Shown here one piece after another: positions 48,561 through 60,126 of a stretch of DNA of 64,000 bases. The notes below the pieces were generated by a model. That model saw only the letters and a program-made list of their open reading frames with translations. It ran no database searches and was not told the DNA's origin. The DNA lies in NCBI GenBank assembly GCA_037447605.1, contig CM074816.1, positions 2,446,525-2,510,524 of the forward strand, given 5' to 3'. This stretch comes from Zygnema circumcarinatum SAG 698-1b. Its lineage: Eukaryota; Plantae; Zygnematophyceae. How positions within the stretch are numbered: the first letter of the stretch is position 1; each line of letters opens with the position of its first letter. The position numbers were made by a program, and so were the translations under genes.

Positions 48561-49591
48561 TACCGCCTAGTGGCCCTAGGCCCTAGACCATAGGCTCTAG
48601 GCCTGGACCCGTAGGACTCGACCCTAGGATGCTAGGAACTACACCTACATATGCAAAAGGGCCCTACGGCTAGACCCTAGGGCTAGGGGCCTAGTTCCAC
48701 GTCATGCATGGCGCCAAGAATGGCTTGTGACGTCATGGGCATTTGAAGTCGCAGATTTTTTACATGTAGCTCTGTTGGCAGTTATATGTGAACGCGCGAG
48801 AACATGGAACGGACTGCGCGTAGAACTCTATAGGAGCATGGAACGTGTCACATGGAGCGGCCGTTGGTCGAAATCCATACCGTTCAACTGTTCTCAACGG
48901 TTACATGTTCGAACACAGAACTGTGAGACGCTGTTCGAAGTCCAGTCACGCATGTGTCAGCAATGCTTATACCACACGACAAATGATTTGACGTAAGCAC
49001 AAACCATAGCGGGTGGGCCTGGTTTTTCAATGCGAAAAATTTTCAGTTTCTGGTTTTCACTGACGTCAGCTTTTCATTAACACAGGCGCAGACTCGCGAA
49101 GCCGCAAAATAATGTGGACGAGTCGTTGTGCGGACGGAGTCAGATGTGACGCAATGTCATGTCACAGACTATGCTCCATGGAGCCATCACATCACCACAA
49201 CAACTCTTGAGCAACATCACATGAGCAGAAACAGTAACTGACAAAATGTATACAAAAAAAAACATAAGAGAAAGCGTATTGATTCCATATCACGGCACGG
49301 CGCAGCCTGCATAAATCTCCGTTATTATTGCACAGAATAATCTCTGCCTGCTGCAACGGATGTCACGATGGCGATGATGCCATCAAATGTACATGGCCAA
49401 AATCAGCATCATGAAAAAGAAACCACGAGGAACTAACTAGTTGCAAAGGACCTACTGCGACCGACCAATAAGAAGAGATAGCACCATACAACAATGCTCG
49501 TATGTGTCCCCCCGCTATTAAATACAGCACAATTAGTTTCGTTTTGGTATATCACAGACTAAACCCTAATAAACTTTTGAACAATGAGCCG

Positions 49592-52500
49592 TCAAATGTG
49601 TTCCCCGGGGTTCAGCTTCTTGGGCGGCCCGCAGTAGAAGTCGTCCGCGCAGGAGGCCGTCCCCAGGCCGTGCCGGAGCCGCATTATGTCCACGGAGAAG
49701 GAGGACCCCACGGACCCCACGAACACGCGCGAGTACGCGGAGACCAACTTCTCAAAGGGTATGCGCACATTCATCTTCCGTATGTCATAGCCCTGCGCCC
49801 CGCCCTTCCCCATACATAACTTCTCCGACATGCCATGTCTCGCATGCCACACATTGTACCACACATGAACACATCTTGCCTAGGAGTTGTTTAACAAGCC
49901 CTGGACGTCTCTCAATTCGTCTGAAGTTTGGTTGTTCCAACAACATTGTTCCGTACCAATGTGAGGAGCTTGCTGGCCCACTTCTCCACCTCCACGGGCA
50001 CGTTGAGCGGGAAGGCCGCGACCTCGATCCGACGGCCCAGCACGGCGCGCAGGTCCCACTGGATGGTCGCGATTTGGCGCGCAGAGCCGTCCGTCGATAT
50101 GTAGACGGCGCTCAGATTGGTGCGCTCCAGGTGCCGCCGGAGACACTCCGCCGCCTCGTCTATCGTGTACCAGCACCGGGCATTCACCTGCTTGCAAAAA
50201 AAAGACCTGCTTTAGGGTTAAGGGTTCAGGGTTTAGAAAAATGATATCAGCATAGGATAGGTTTAGGGTTGACGCTGAAGACATGCCTGGTAGAGTTGAG
50301 GTTGTTATATAAGTTACTACCCTTCTCTTGGACGCTGTTGTATTACAAATTTAACTGGAGTCCGTTTGTAAAGGTATACAGAAGCATTAATCAAGGGGGG
50401 GGAGGGGGAGGGGGAGGGGGTTGGGTCCGTACTCCCTTGCAGTAGTTGACGAAGTCGCCTTGTCGAAGGTGAACGGCGAGGAAGGGTTGGTCCCCCCAGA
50501 AGTACTCAATGTACTCCTTCGCCGCATTCATAATTGCTTTAGGAGGCTGCCAACAAAAGAAAAAAAGAATAAAAAAACCTTAACAAATGCTGGAATAGGA
50601 AGAAATATTTCTATTTCATTTCCGGAAATCTTCGACATGCTAGATTAAATCTCACTCACCTGAAGAGCAAGGCCTGTAGAACATTTGCCCCTCCGCTTGA
50701 AGGGAGCGTCGACCACAAATGACTCTCTGAAATATGGGTAGTCCACAAACTGCAATGGAAGGAAGGTGGCAGAAAAAGGAAGAAGGAAAGGCGAGGGAGG
50801 AGTAGGAACGTGAGCTGCCAATGCTAAGAAACTGGAGTGGAAAAAGGAAGGAAGAGAAGGGGGCGATAGAATATCTGGCGAGCTCAAGCGCTCTCTTCCT
50901 CTCCTTTCTCTCTTTCTCTCCTCCCTCTCTCCCCTCTTCCACTCTCCCTCCCCTTCTCTCTCATCCCGCTCGCTCCCTCTCCTCCCTCTCTCCCCTCTTC
51001 CTCTCTCCCTCCCCTTCCCTCGCCTCCCTCTCGCTCCCTCCCCTCCCACTCTCTTCTCTCCCCTCTCTTTCCTCCCTCGCTCTCCCTCTCCTTTCTCCCT
51101 CTCTCTCTTCCCAGGATCTGCACACCTTCACAAACCGCTGTGTCTCAAAGTAAAGTACGCCCTTTCCAAGCTTGCCGTAATTCTCCAGCAAGTCTGCGCC
51201 CGCCTCCCTTCGTTTCCTCAGCTTTCAGGAATCCTTCATTCGTTCACATACTGAAATACTGCTCTTATGTCTTTCTCAGTTTTCCAAAACCATGAAGTTT
51301 TCCATGTCTATTGTGAGCTGCCTACTTTGACGATGGCTATAAAATTTTTATTCTTTTTATTATTATTTTTTTTGCGGTTTTGACATACATGACGGGGTCG
51401 TTGGGAGGATTTTCGGTGCGGCCAATTTTGTCGCATTCAAAGAAACACGAAGGTGTCTGATTCGAGAGGTAGATCGCAGCCACTTGTGTTTGGACCGCTT
51501 GTCAGTGACTGCCCCGACCGACCTACGCTTTTGGTGAGGCAAATAAATATTAGAGGGACTGACTGTACTGGCAGGGGATGAGAGCGAGGGAGTGTTTAAA
51601 AAAGGCAAGAAATCAGCGTTCAAAATAACGGCACAAAAAATGGATGACGAAGTGGAGAGCATGGACGAGTGGGAGAGACGGACTTGTCGTAATGGCCATA
51701 CACGAGTGAAGGACGGCAAAAGGGAGGGAGGGAGGNNNNNNNNNNGGGAGGGGGAGGGAGGGATAGGGAGGGGGAGGGAGGGCAGGGTAGGGAGGGGAGG
51801 GATGGGAGGGAGGGGAGGGAGGGGACGGATGGGCGGGAGGGAAGGGAGGGAGGGGAAGGAGGGGAGGGAAGGGAGGGAGGGGAGGGAAGGGAGGGACGGG
51901 AGGGAGGGGAGGGATGGAGGGAGGGCCATAAAGATACTTTACACGAACGGATTCGAGAGGGACGAGCACTTACGCATGCAGTCGTCCCTGTCTATGCACA
52001 CGACATAGTCCACAGAGACAGATTTCTTGTACTGCATTGCCCTCCAACATATCAAACAAAGCTGAATTGAAGCTGATTCTGCATTGCATAAGGTACATAA
52101 GGAACAGCTCTTCACAAAGCATCAAATAGAACATGCTTCCACCATCTCTTAGTGAGGGAACTTCGAAGTGAGCACCACTACTGACCTTCTTTTGAAACTC
52201 ATCGAGAGTGATGGCGGTGTTGTTACCGAAGCAGCGGTTCACATGTCCGACATCAATGCTTTTCTGCCAATCGTATTCAGCCTGCATGAAGTGCCCCTCA
52301 GTTTTGAGCTTATTAAACCTTGAAAGCCCTCATATCTAAAGATTAGTTGCATCGTCTATGTCCTCATACGGTGAAGTTACGGCGGGTTTTAGGGCATAGA
52401 AAGGATTCCAAAATCACCCGCTCGGAATTGTCGATCGGCACAATAAGGGTTCGATTGAGAAGACCCGCCATTAGGAGCGCGCCATGGACACAATTCAAAA

Positions 52501-52686
52501 GATTGCTCGCCTGATATTCACATCACACCACATGCAGGATGTCACGTCACGTCACGTCCCTCCCCTTCCCTCCTCTCCGTTTAACGTAGAATTTGAAACT
52601 TTTGGCTTATTTTCAGGAAGGCTTTGCTCTCGCTTGAAGTTACCTGTTAAATCCCCTCTTTCAAAACAAGCCATTCTTACTGGTAA

Positions 52687-52730
<44 letters not shown>

Positions 52731-52740
52731 NNNNNNNNNN

Positions 52741-52784
<44 letters not shown>

Positions 52785-53252
52785 AAAGGTTTATTTCTAT
52801 GTGCCCTTCATTCCAAGGCAGATTCGGGGCATACTCTTCCGGTGAAACACCGTGGAATGAGAAACTTGCCCTCCTCCGGCAGCCATGGCTGCTGCCACAC
52901 CCCCTCCTGCTGCTTCTGCCATTCCCAGTAGTCCGGCCTGTAGTAGTAGCCATGGCCGCCGCGGCACTCCACATGTGACCCGTTGATCACAACGGAACCG
53001 TTCCCAAGGTTCCAATAGCCGTGCGTGTACACCGTCTCGGGAGGGACCCAATCGCTGCCATTTTTGGAGTGCGAAATTTGCTCCAACTCCGCCTTTACTA
53101 AAGATTCAGATGATATTCGTCCTGAAAATTGGAGTTGGTTTCCGGTATCGTTTTGGGTCCTGTCCCGGACAATGCGTAAAACGGGTTCATCAAAAACCTC
53201 TGGTTTGGTTCTATCATCAGTAGCATATGAATTCAACAAACGCAGGTTTAAT
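49592..53252 (-). CDS. O-fucosyltransferase-family glycosyltransferase (plant OFUT36/OFUT14-like), 5' end uncertain
   Basis: Spliced peptides: WLPEEGKFLIPRCFTGR | ASNLLNCVHGALLMAGLLNRTLIVP (52510-52418) | AEYDWQKSIDVGHVNRCFG (52281-52186) ... FLAVHLRQGDFVNYC (~50547-50432) | CWYTIDEAAECL..VYISTDG (50187-~49953) | FVGSVGSSFSVDIMRLRHGLGTASCADDFYC (49792-49592). HxRxGD, YISTD and GSxxSSFS are fucosyltransferase motifs. Middle exon boundaries are approximate. Confidence 0.82.
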
Positions 53253-53873
53253 CTATTGCATGTTAAAAACCACAAAAATCGATCTGTTTGATCAGATGGT
53301 AAATGAATGCTTTTTTAATTTAATTAATTTTATTCAAGGCGAACAGATCCTTTTACCAACTAGCTGAGGGGCCGTCTTGCAAGAAGCTCGTCTGTGTGGC
53401 GGCGCTCAATTTTACTTCAGCAGATGATGTCATCAATTGAAAAAGCCCTAAAAAACGTCGCCCCCCTTCAAACTTGATTCAATCGATCTTCAAAAATTGT
53501 ATTATCTCACTCCGAAAATCAATAATTAAAAAAAAAATGAAGACGAATGAACGTAAACACAGACCAGTGTTGCTCCCTCTCCCTCTTCCTCTCCCTCTCC
53601 CTCTCCCTCTCCCTCCCTTCTCCCTCTCCTCTCCCTNNNNNNNNNNNNNNNNNNNNNNNNNNNNNNNNNNNNNNNNNNNNNNNNNNNNNNNNNNNNNNNN
53701 NNNNNNNNNNNNNNNNNNNNNNNNNNNNNNNNNNNNTCTGTTACTTCGTTTCAGTTTACGTATTGCTAAAAGAAATGAAAAAAAACAAAAAAATGGTAAA
53801 AAAAAATACCCATATCAAAAAAGTTATAAAAAAAAAACGCACCAAAAAAAAAAACGCCCCCTCAAAAAAAAAA

Positions 53874-56067
53874 GGAAAATTCTATTCTCACACTTTTTTT
53901 GTCTACACTCAGACCTCTTTTCGCCAGGCAGATTTTAAAATAGACAAAAAAGGAACACACCTTTCACACCTTTTTTTTTTCACCTTTTTTTTCACAATTT
54001 TTTGGAACCGATACACGCTACTAGTCCTGAGCGGCCGAGCGCCGTGAGCACCTTTTTCTGTCGGAAAAATTTTACTCCTTATCATTTATTTTCAGAGGAA
54101 AAAATATCGGCCTGCCCGAATCCTCTCGGAGATCCGTCCACCACGAGATCGTTCGTGGGTGGCCGTCCTTCATAAGTGCAATAATTTTCCGCCGTCGATA
54201 TTCACGCAGATCGCTCCATGGCAGATCACCGTTCGATCAGCAGTCAGGCTCTGTCCCAGCGTGTCGCCCAAGCCATTTCGAAAGGACGGTACAAAATGCG
54301 CTGCAGCCGAGTGGGGCGATGAAAAAGCGTAATAAATTAGTTGATTACTTTATACCAATCCGCGGTTTGCAGCGGCGTCTAAAAGGCCCCTTGGCCGGAT
54401 GGTGAGGTGGTTCAAGCTTCTGAGTAAGAATTTAGACTTTCCTCGAAGCTGGGCCGTCTGACCCCGTGTAACAACCTCGAGCCGGCTTGGGTGGGACACG
54501 TGGGCGTGTGCCATTGCTGGGACCGAGTGCGGCTGCCGATCGAACGGTGATCTGCCGTGGTGTGATCTGAGCTAGAATCCCGGCGATTGTATTCGCTGGC
54601 GTGTGAAGGACGGCCACCCGCGAACGATCTCGTGGCGGACGGATCTTCTGCTCCGAGAGGATTCGGGCAGGCCGATATTTTTTCCTTTGAAAAAAACAAG
54701 AAGGGGTAAAATCTGCCCGATAGAGAAAGGTGTGTATCGATTTCAAAAAGGTGTGAAACAAAAGGTAAAAAAAAAAAGGGAAGTGATATTTCCACCCCTT
54801 TTTTGGATCCAAACACCCCTTCCCGGCCGGGCAGATTTCAAAAAGGATTAAAAACGGAAAATGCTTTTTTCACACCTTTTTGGAATCGATACCACCCTCC
54901 ATCGGCAGATTTTATTTCTGCGCAACAAGGAAAATGATAACCCGTCACCCCATTTGAATATCCCGCCTACCTAATTTTTTTTCACGCGTGCGGTCAATCA
55001 CGCAACGTCGATTCCCTCACCAAGATCGCAACACGGCCAGATCACTATTTGCTCTCTGCAGCCGGGCTCGGTCTGGCGCATGGCATGTGCCACGTATCCG
55101 CCGAGTCCTCTAAAAAGTTTGTCCGTACAAATGTCGTACGGTCGCAACTTGAGGAACCCAAAATTTCGTACATTGAGATCTTAAACCAATCAAAATTTTC
55201 CACGTCAAAAATGTAACACGTGGCAGATGTTTATTGGCTGGGAGGTTACAATGACGAGATCTCGGGCCGAAGGACGCGCGCACTCGCACGTACGATCCGG
55301 CTTTGACGGGACTCGTGGGCGCTTTCCATTCGCTAAGATCGAGCCCGGCTGCAGATCGAACGGTGATCTGCAGTGGTGTGATCTGCGAGGGAATCGACAG
55401 CTGCGATTGACACACACGTGTGCAGGACGGACACCCGCGAACGATCTCGTGGCGGACGGATCTTCCGCTCCGAGCGGATTCGGGCAGGCAGATATTTCTT
55501 TCCCTCAAAAAAAAAATTCAGGGAGGCGGGATACAGTATTCAAAATGCGGTGACGGGGTATCATTTTCCTTGGTTAGCAAAAATAAAATCAGCCGACGGA
55601 AGAAGGTGGGTATCGATTCCAAAAAGGTGTGAAAAAAGCATTTTCCGTTTTTAATCCTTTTTGAAATCTGCCCGGCCGGGAAGGGGTGTTTGGATCCAAA
55701 AAAGGGGTGGAAATATCACTNNNNNNNNNNATTGACCGCACGCGTGAAAAAAAAATTAGGTAGGCGGGATATTCAAATGGGGTGACGGGTTATCATTTTC
55801 CTTGTTGCGCAGAAATAAAATCTGCCGATGGAGGGTGGTATCGATTCCAAAAAGGTGTGAAAAAAGCATTTTCCGTTTTTAATCCCTTTTGAAATCTGCC
55901 CGGCCGGGAAGGGGTGTTTGGATCCAAAAAAGGGGTGGAAATATCACTACCCAAAAAAAAAGGTGAGAAGGTGTGAAAGGTGTGTTCTGTTTTTGTGCTA
56001 TTTTAAAATCTGCCCGGCGAAAAGAGGCCTGCGTGTAGACAAAAAAGGTGTGAGAATAGAATTTTCC
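53874..56067. mobile_element. Non-autonomous Mutator-like/foldback element with long imperfect TIRs
   Basis: Starts GGAAAATTCTATTCTCACAC and ends GTGTGAGAATAGAATTTTCC. Inverted similarity extends ~400 bp (53874-54270 vs 54430-54777 plus 55953-56067). Flanked on both sides by A10-11. Confidence 0.7.
54778..55952. mobile_element. Related Mutator-like element nested in the right arm of the previous one
   Basis: Left end GGGAAGTGATATTTCCACCCC; right end GGGGTGGAAATATCACTACCC. Over 100 bp of near-perfect TIR, with A-runs of at least 9 on both sides. The right arm appears twice around the gap at 55721-55730. Confidence 0.65.
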
Positions 56068-56098
56068 AAAAAAAAAAAGGTTGATAAAACGTCCTTAC

Positions 56099-56249
56099 CA
56101 CCCAGTCCTCCGGAGCTGTGCCAAACCGGCGGCGGGGCCTCGTGGGGCTGCTGAGCGTACGGCAGGCGGGGGCGTAAGGGACTGCGGCTCTGCGATTGCG
56201 GGAGATCGACGGTCGCTCGCGGCCTCGCGGGGCTGCGAGCGGTTGTCAT
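56099..56249 (-). CDS. Candidate first coding exon, possibly of the fucosyltransferase gene
   Basis: GC-rich unique island between transposons. ATG 56249 gives MTTARSPARPRATVDLPQ...SSGGLG followed by the donor G|GTAAGG at 56098. Confidence 0.35.
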
Positions 56250-56286
56250 AAGGAAAATTCTAATCTCACACCTTTTTTGTCTACAC

Positions 56287-56950
56287 TAGGGATGGCTTAA
56301 TTACGACTATATAATCTATATTAGGGGGAGTCAGACCTTGACCATCGCCCGCGGAATTGAAAGATTCCGCCGGCGGAAAGGTATTGATTTCGATTGCAGA
56401 ATTCGGGTCGGAAACCGCGGCTCCCCCCGAACCTGTCTGTCCCGTCCGTACTTCGAAATGGTTTACAAAAATGAGATACAGGCTCGGCGCCCGAGCCTGT
56501 CGAACGTCCACTTTTGGCGAAAAAGGCCTGAAGTACAACGCGGAATTGGCCCGACGGGCTCGCGGAATTGGTTTGGCGCTGGTCAAGGTCTGACTCCCCC
56601 TATTATATTATATAACTGTGACGACTAAATAACGGCTGTTATATAATACTTTACAACGCCTTTACGACATGTACGGTCGTACGGTCGTACGGTCGTATGA
56701 CTGTACGGTATTATGCGGTGAAGACAGAGTGAACCAGACGGACGCATTTCGCAACGCCAACGCCAAAACGACCTAATTTTGGTATGGTACGACCGTACGA
56801 CCGTACGAGTACGTTCGTAAGGTCGTTAATTGTTCAAAACGGGTGGGTATAATATATGTAATAAAGTGTTTTACTTTGTACTATATCACTACTTTTAAAC
56901 CCGTTGTAAAGTATATAATATAGTCGGACTTTATAACTCGGCCATTCCTA
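56287..56950. mobile_element. hAT-like MITE
   Basis: TIRs TAGGGATGGC / GCCATTCCTA (1 mismatch) and a perfect 8-bp TSD GTCTACAC (56279-56286, 56951-56958). Confidence 0.85.
56324..56600. mobile_element. 277-bp MITE nested in the hAT-like element
   Basis: TIR GGGGGAGTCAGACCTTGACCA(t/g)CGCC (21 bp perfect, ~26 bp with 1 mismatch), flanked by TA on both sides. Confidence 0.85.
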
Positions 56951-57918
56951 GTCTACACACAGACCTTTTTTCAACGGGCAGATTTTGAAATAGACAAAAA
57001 AGAAATCGATACACACCTTTTTCGTCGGGCAGAACTTACCCCTTACCTTTTTTTTTTCAGAGAGAAAGAAATCGGCCTGCCCGAATCCGCTCGGAGCGGA
57101 AGATACGTCCGCCACGAGATCGTTCGCGGGTGGCCGTCCTTTACACGTGCAATGATCTCCTCCGTCGATTCTCGTGAAGATCGCACCATGGCAGATCACC
57201 GTTCGATCAGCAGCCTGGCTAGGCCCCAACGAATGGCACACGCCCACGTGTCCCACCCAAGCCGGCTCAACGACGTATGGCCGCAGCTTCGAGGAAAGTC
57301 GAAACACTTTAAACATTGAGAGCCTGCATTAATCACCATCTGCCGCGTGTTGTTATTATGACGTGGCAAACTGTGATTGGACATGCGCTTGGACGATAGT
57401 GCGTACGGAATTGTGTTGCTTGGGACTATCATCCTAATAAGACAAAAATATCAGACGACAAAACTGTACGATAAAACGAGAAGTGTCGTACAGTCCAGTT
57501 TCCTCCCTGAGCGGCCAATCATTTCTTAGCGACTTCTAAACCAGACCAGTGTATGGAGTCAACAACGACTGCAAATATTCGGCCAATCAGAGCGCTCCAA
57601 AGGATTTAAATTCTATCATTTTTTGTCGATACCCGCACGCTTACACTATCCTTCGTACGGTCCTAGCTTCTGCCAGACGGCTGACGAATTCATCGTACGA
57701 ACGACCTACTTGACGGACAAAAATGACACGACCCGCCAGTGGAGGGCCGCCGCGTCGCTTCCCCGCCGCCGGCAAACTTCACCCTCTCCCTCTACATTGA
57801 CTCTCCCCCTCTCTCTCTCGCCCTGTCTCCCTCTCTACCTCCCTCCCGCTCTCTCTCTCTTCCGTCTCTCCTTCACCATCTCCCTCCAACCTACCCTCCC
57901 TCCCTCTCTGCGGCACCC

Positions 57919-59656
57919 ATGGGCGCGGACGAAGCCGGCGCCTTGGTCGTGGACACCGGCGAGAAGCGCCTCAACGAGCTCGGCTACAAGCAGACGCTCA
58001 AGCGCGAGCTGGTACGCCCTCACACGTGTCAGCCTGTGGTCATTTCCAAAGCATGCGAGGGCGCGCCATGGCATGTGCTAACGGATCCATCCATCCATCC
58101 ATGCATGCATATGTGCATGTGTGCAGGACTACATCATGTCCTTCTGCACGCTCATTTCGACCATGGCCCTGCCCATAGCGCTGACCTCTCTGTATGGCAT
58201 CGGGTACACGTACGGCGGGCCCGTGACCATCATATGGGGATGGGTCATGGTCAGCTTTTTCACCATGTTCGTCGCCGTCTCGCTGGCGGAGATTCTCTCC
58301 TCGCTGCCCGTAAGGCGCTGCAGCCCTGCCCGCATTCGTGAGGAAAAAAAGAAATACGAAAAAGAAAAAGAAAAAGAAACTAAACGAGCTTGAAAAGAGG
58401 CTTCGGTTTGATTGTTTTTGGTTTAATTCCGAGGGCTGTGATTGGGCGGCGGTGGATCCAGACATCGGGTGGAATCTACTACCACGCGTACTACCTTGGA
58501 GGGAAGAAGTGGGGGAAGGTGGCGGCCTGGTACACGGGGTGAGTTCAACGATACCTTTGGGGGGGGGGGTACAAGCTAAGATTTTTTTTTTTTTTTTGGC
58601 CTCTCTGGTGATATGCTACGTGGTACTCAATTTGCTTTTCGTCTTCTGTCGACTGGTAGTCGCACCATACATTTCTGGCGGAGCTGGAAGGTGGGGAGGA
58701 GGAGAGCGAGAGAGAGAGAGAGGGAGAGTGGGAGAGTGGCGTAGAAAGGGAGAGTGGAATGGAGCAAGGAATGCGCGGAAGTGGAATTTTGCGGGAGAGG
58801 AGAGTGAGGGAAGGAGGAGGGTTAATGGTTTGATGAGAGAGTGCAAGGTAGGGATTGTGAGAAGGGAGGAAAGGGTTGCGGTTGCAGTGAGAGAAAGAGC
58901 GGGAAAGAGCGGTACAATGGAAGAGAGCGAGAGGTGGAAGGCGAGAGAGATAAAGAGGGAGGGAGGCGAGGTTTGGCGTGGAGACGGAGCTGAGATTTTA
59001 CTCCGAGATTTCCATTCTGTCTGATCCTCACCATTTTCTGTACTTCAAAAAAAGAAAAATAAAGATTAAAGATAAAGATTTCGTTTGTTTCCCTCGCTCA
59101 AACTCACACTTTTGTTTGAGGCGATTGTTTTTTGCAGATGGTTCAACTGGCTCGGCTATGTTGCAGGCTTTGGCTCGTCGGGGTACTTCTTCAGCAACTT
59201 CATAGCCGCCATGATCACCCTCTCGGGGTCTTCATACAGTCCCAGCCGTAAAGTTCTCTACGGGATTGCATGCGCAAACTTCGGATGTGGAGTACTTTTG
59301 AATTTGATGCCCGTTCGAGCCGTCGGAAGACTTTCTGAAATTTCGACTGTGTGGAATGCCGCCTTGACCCTCTTCTTTGTTGTGGGCCTACCGGCGATCG
59401 CTCCCACCCACCAATCGGCCTCCTTCGTTTTCACCGAATTTTTCGACAATTCGGAGGCTTTGGGTCTGGGCACACCTGTCTATCTCTTCTGTGTGGGCCT
59501 ACTCATGTCTCAGTTCGCTCTTGGCGGGTTCGACCTGAACGGGCACTTGTCGGAGGAGACAAAAAAGAGCGATTCAGCCGCCGCATGGAGCACCGTTATG
59601 TCGACTTTTACCAATGCGTTGATGGGGTTTGCGATTCTTCTGGGGCTCACCTTCAG
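57919..59656 (+). CDS. Amino acid/GABA permease BAT1/GABP-like (APC superfamily), first 4 exons
   Basis: Exons: 57919-58011, 58127-58309, 58462-58538, 59138-59656. Peptides DTGEKRLNELGYKQTLKREL, YGGPVTIIWGW, LAEILSSLPTSGGIYY, AAWYTGWFNWLG, PTHQSASFVFTEF, GLLMSQFALGGFDLNGHLSEETK. The rest is displaced by the copia insertion. Confidence 0.88.
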
Positions 59657-59658
59657 GT

Positions 59659-60095
59659 TGTGACAGAAGAGAACACATTCAAGCTTGACATACAAAACAC
59701 ATGTTCTCACAAGATCAACACACAACTCATAAACACTTCTTTATTTCATATGAGGCCTCATTACAGATCACTTCATCCTCTCTTCTCTCTTCCTGTTCTC
59801 TCTTCACTGTGTTCTACATCTGCGCAGCGCTTCTTTTCTACCCAATGTCTAAGCTTCCAGAATTCTCCTTTCTGAATCCTCCTTCTTGAGCACCATACAT
59901 TTGCGACGCTTCGCCAGACGCTTCTCCTCCGCCTGACACTTCTCTTCCTGCACAGACCTTCCTGAACTCTCTCACACGCGCAGTCTCTCTTTCGCCCGTA
60001 CAGATTCCGTACAGTATCCGTACACCTGTCCGTACAACCGCCCGTACAGTTTTCGTACAACAGTCCGTACAACCCGTAGCATCATCATCATCACA
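59659..60095 (-). repeat. 3' LTR (437 bp) of the copia element
   Basis: On the minus strand it runs TGTGA...TCACA and is preceded by the polypurine tract AAGAGGGGGAAT (60107-60096), just after the pol stop at 60127. Confidence 0.85.
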
Positions 60096-60126
60096 ATTCC
60101 CCCTCTTGATGCAAGGGTTGATCAAC

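Larger units (their letters stand above)
56252..57310. mobile_element. Single arm of the same Mutator-like family, interrupted by a hAT-like MITE
   Basis: GGAAAATTCTAATCTCACAC at 56252. The sequence resumes at 56959 and matches 53900-54270 directly and 54430-54760 inverted. Confidence 0.65.

Noticed and set aside
55731-55948. Extra inverted arm suggesting a more complex foldback
   Set aside because: Near-exact reverse complement of 54782-54998 starting right after an N gap; probably a scaffolding artefact.
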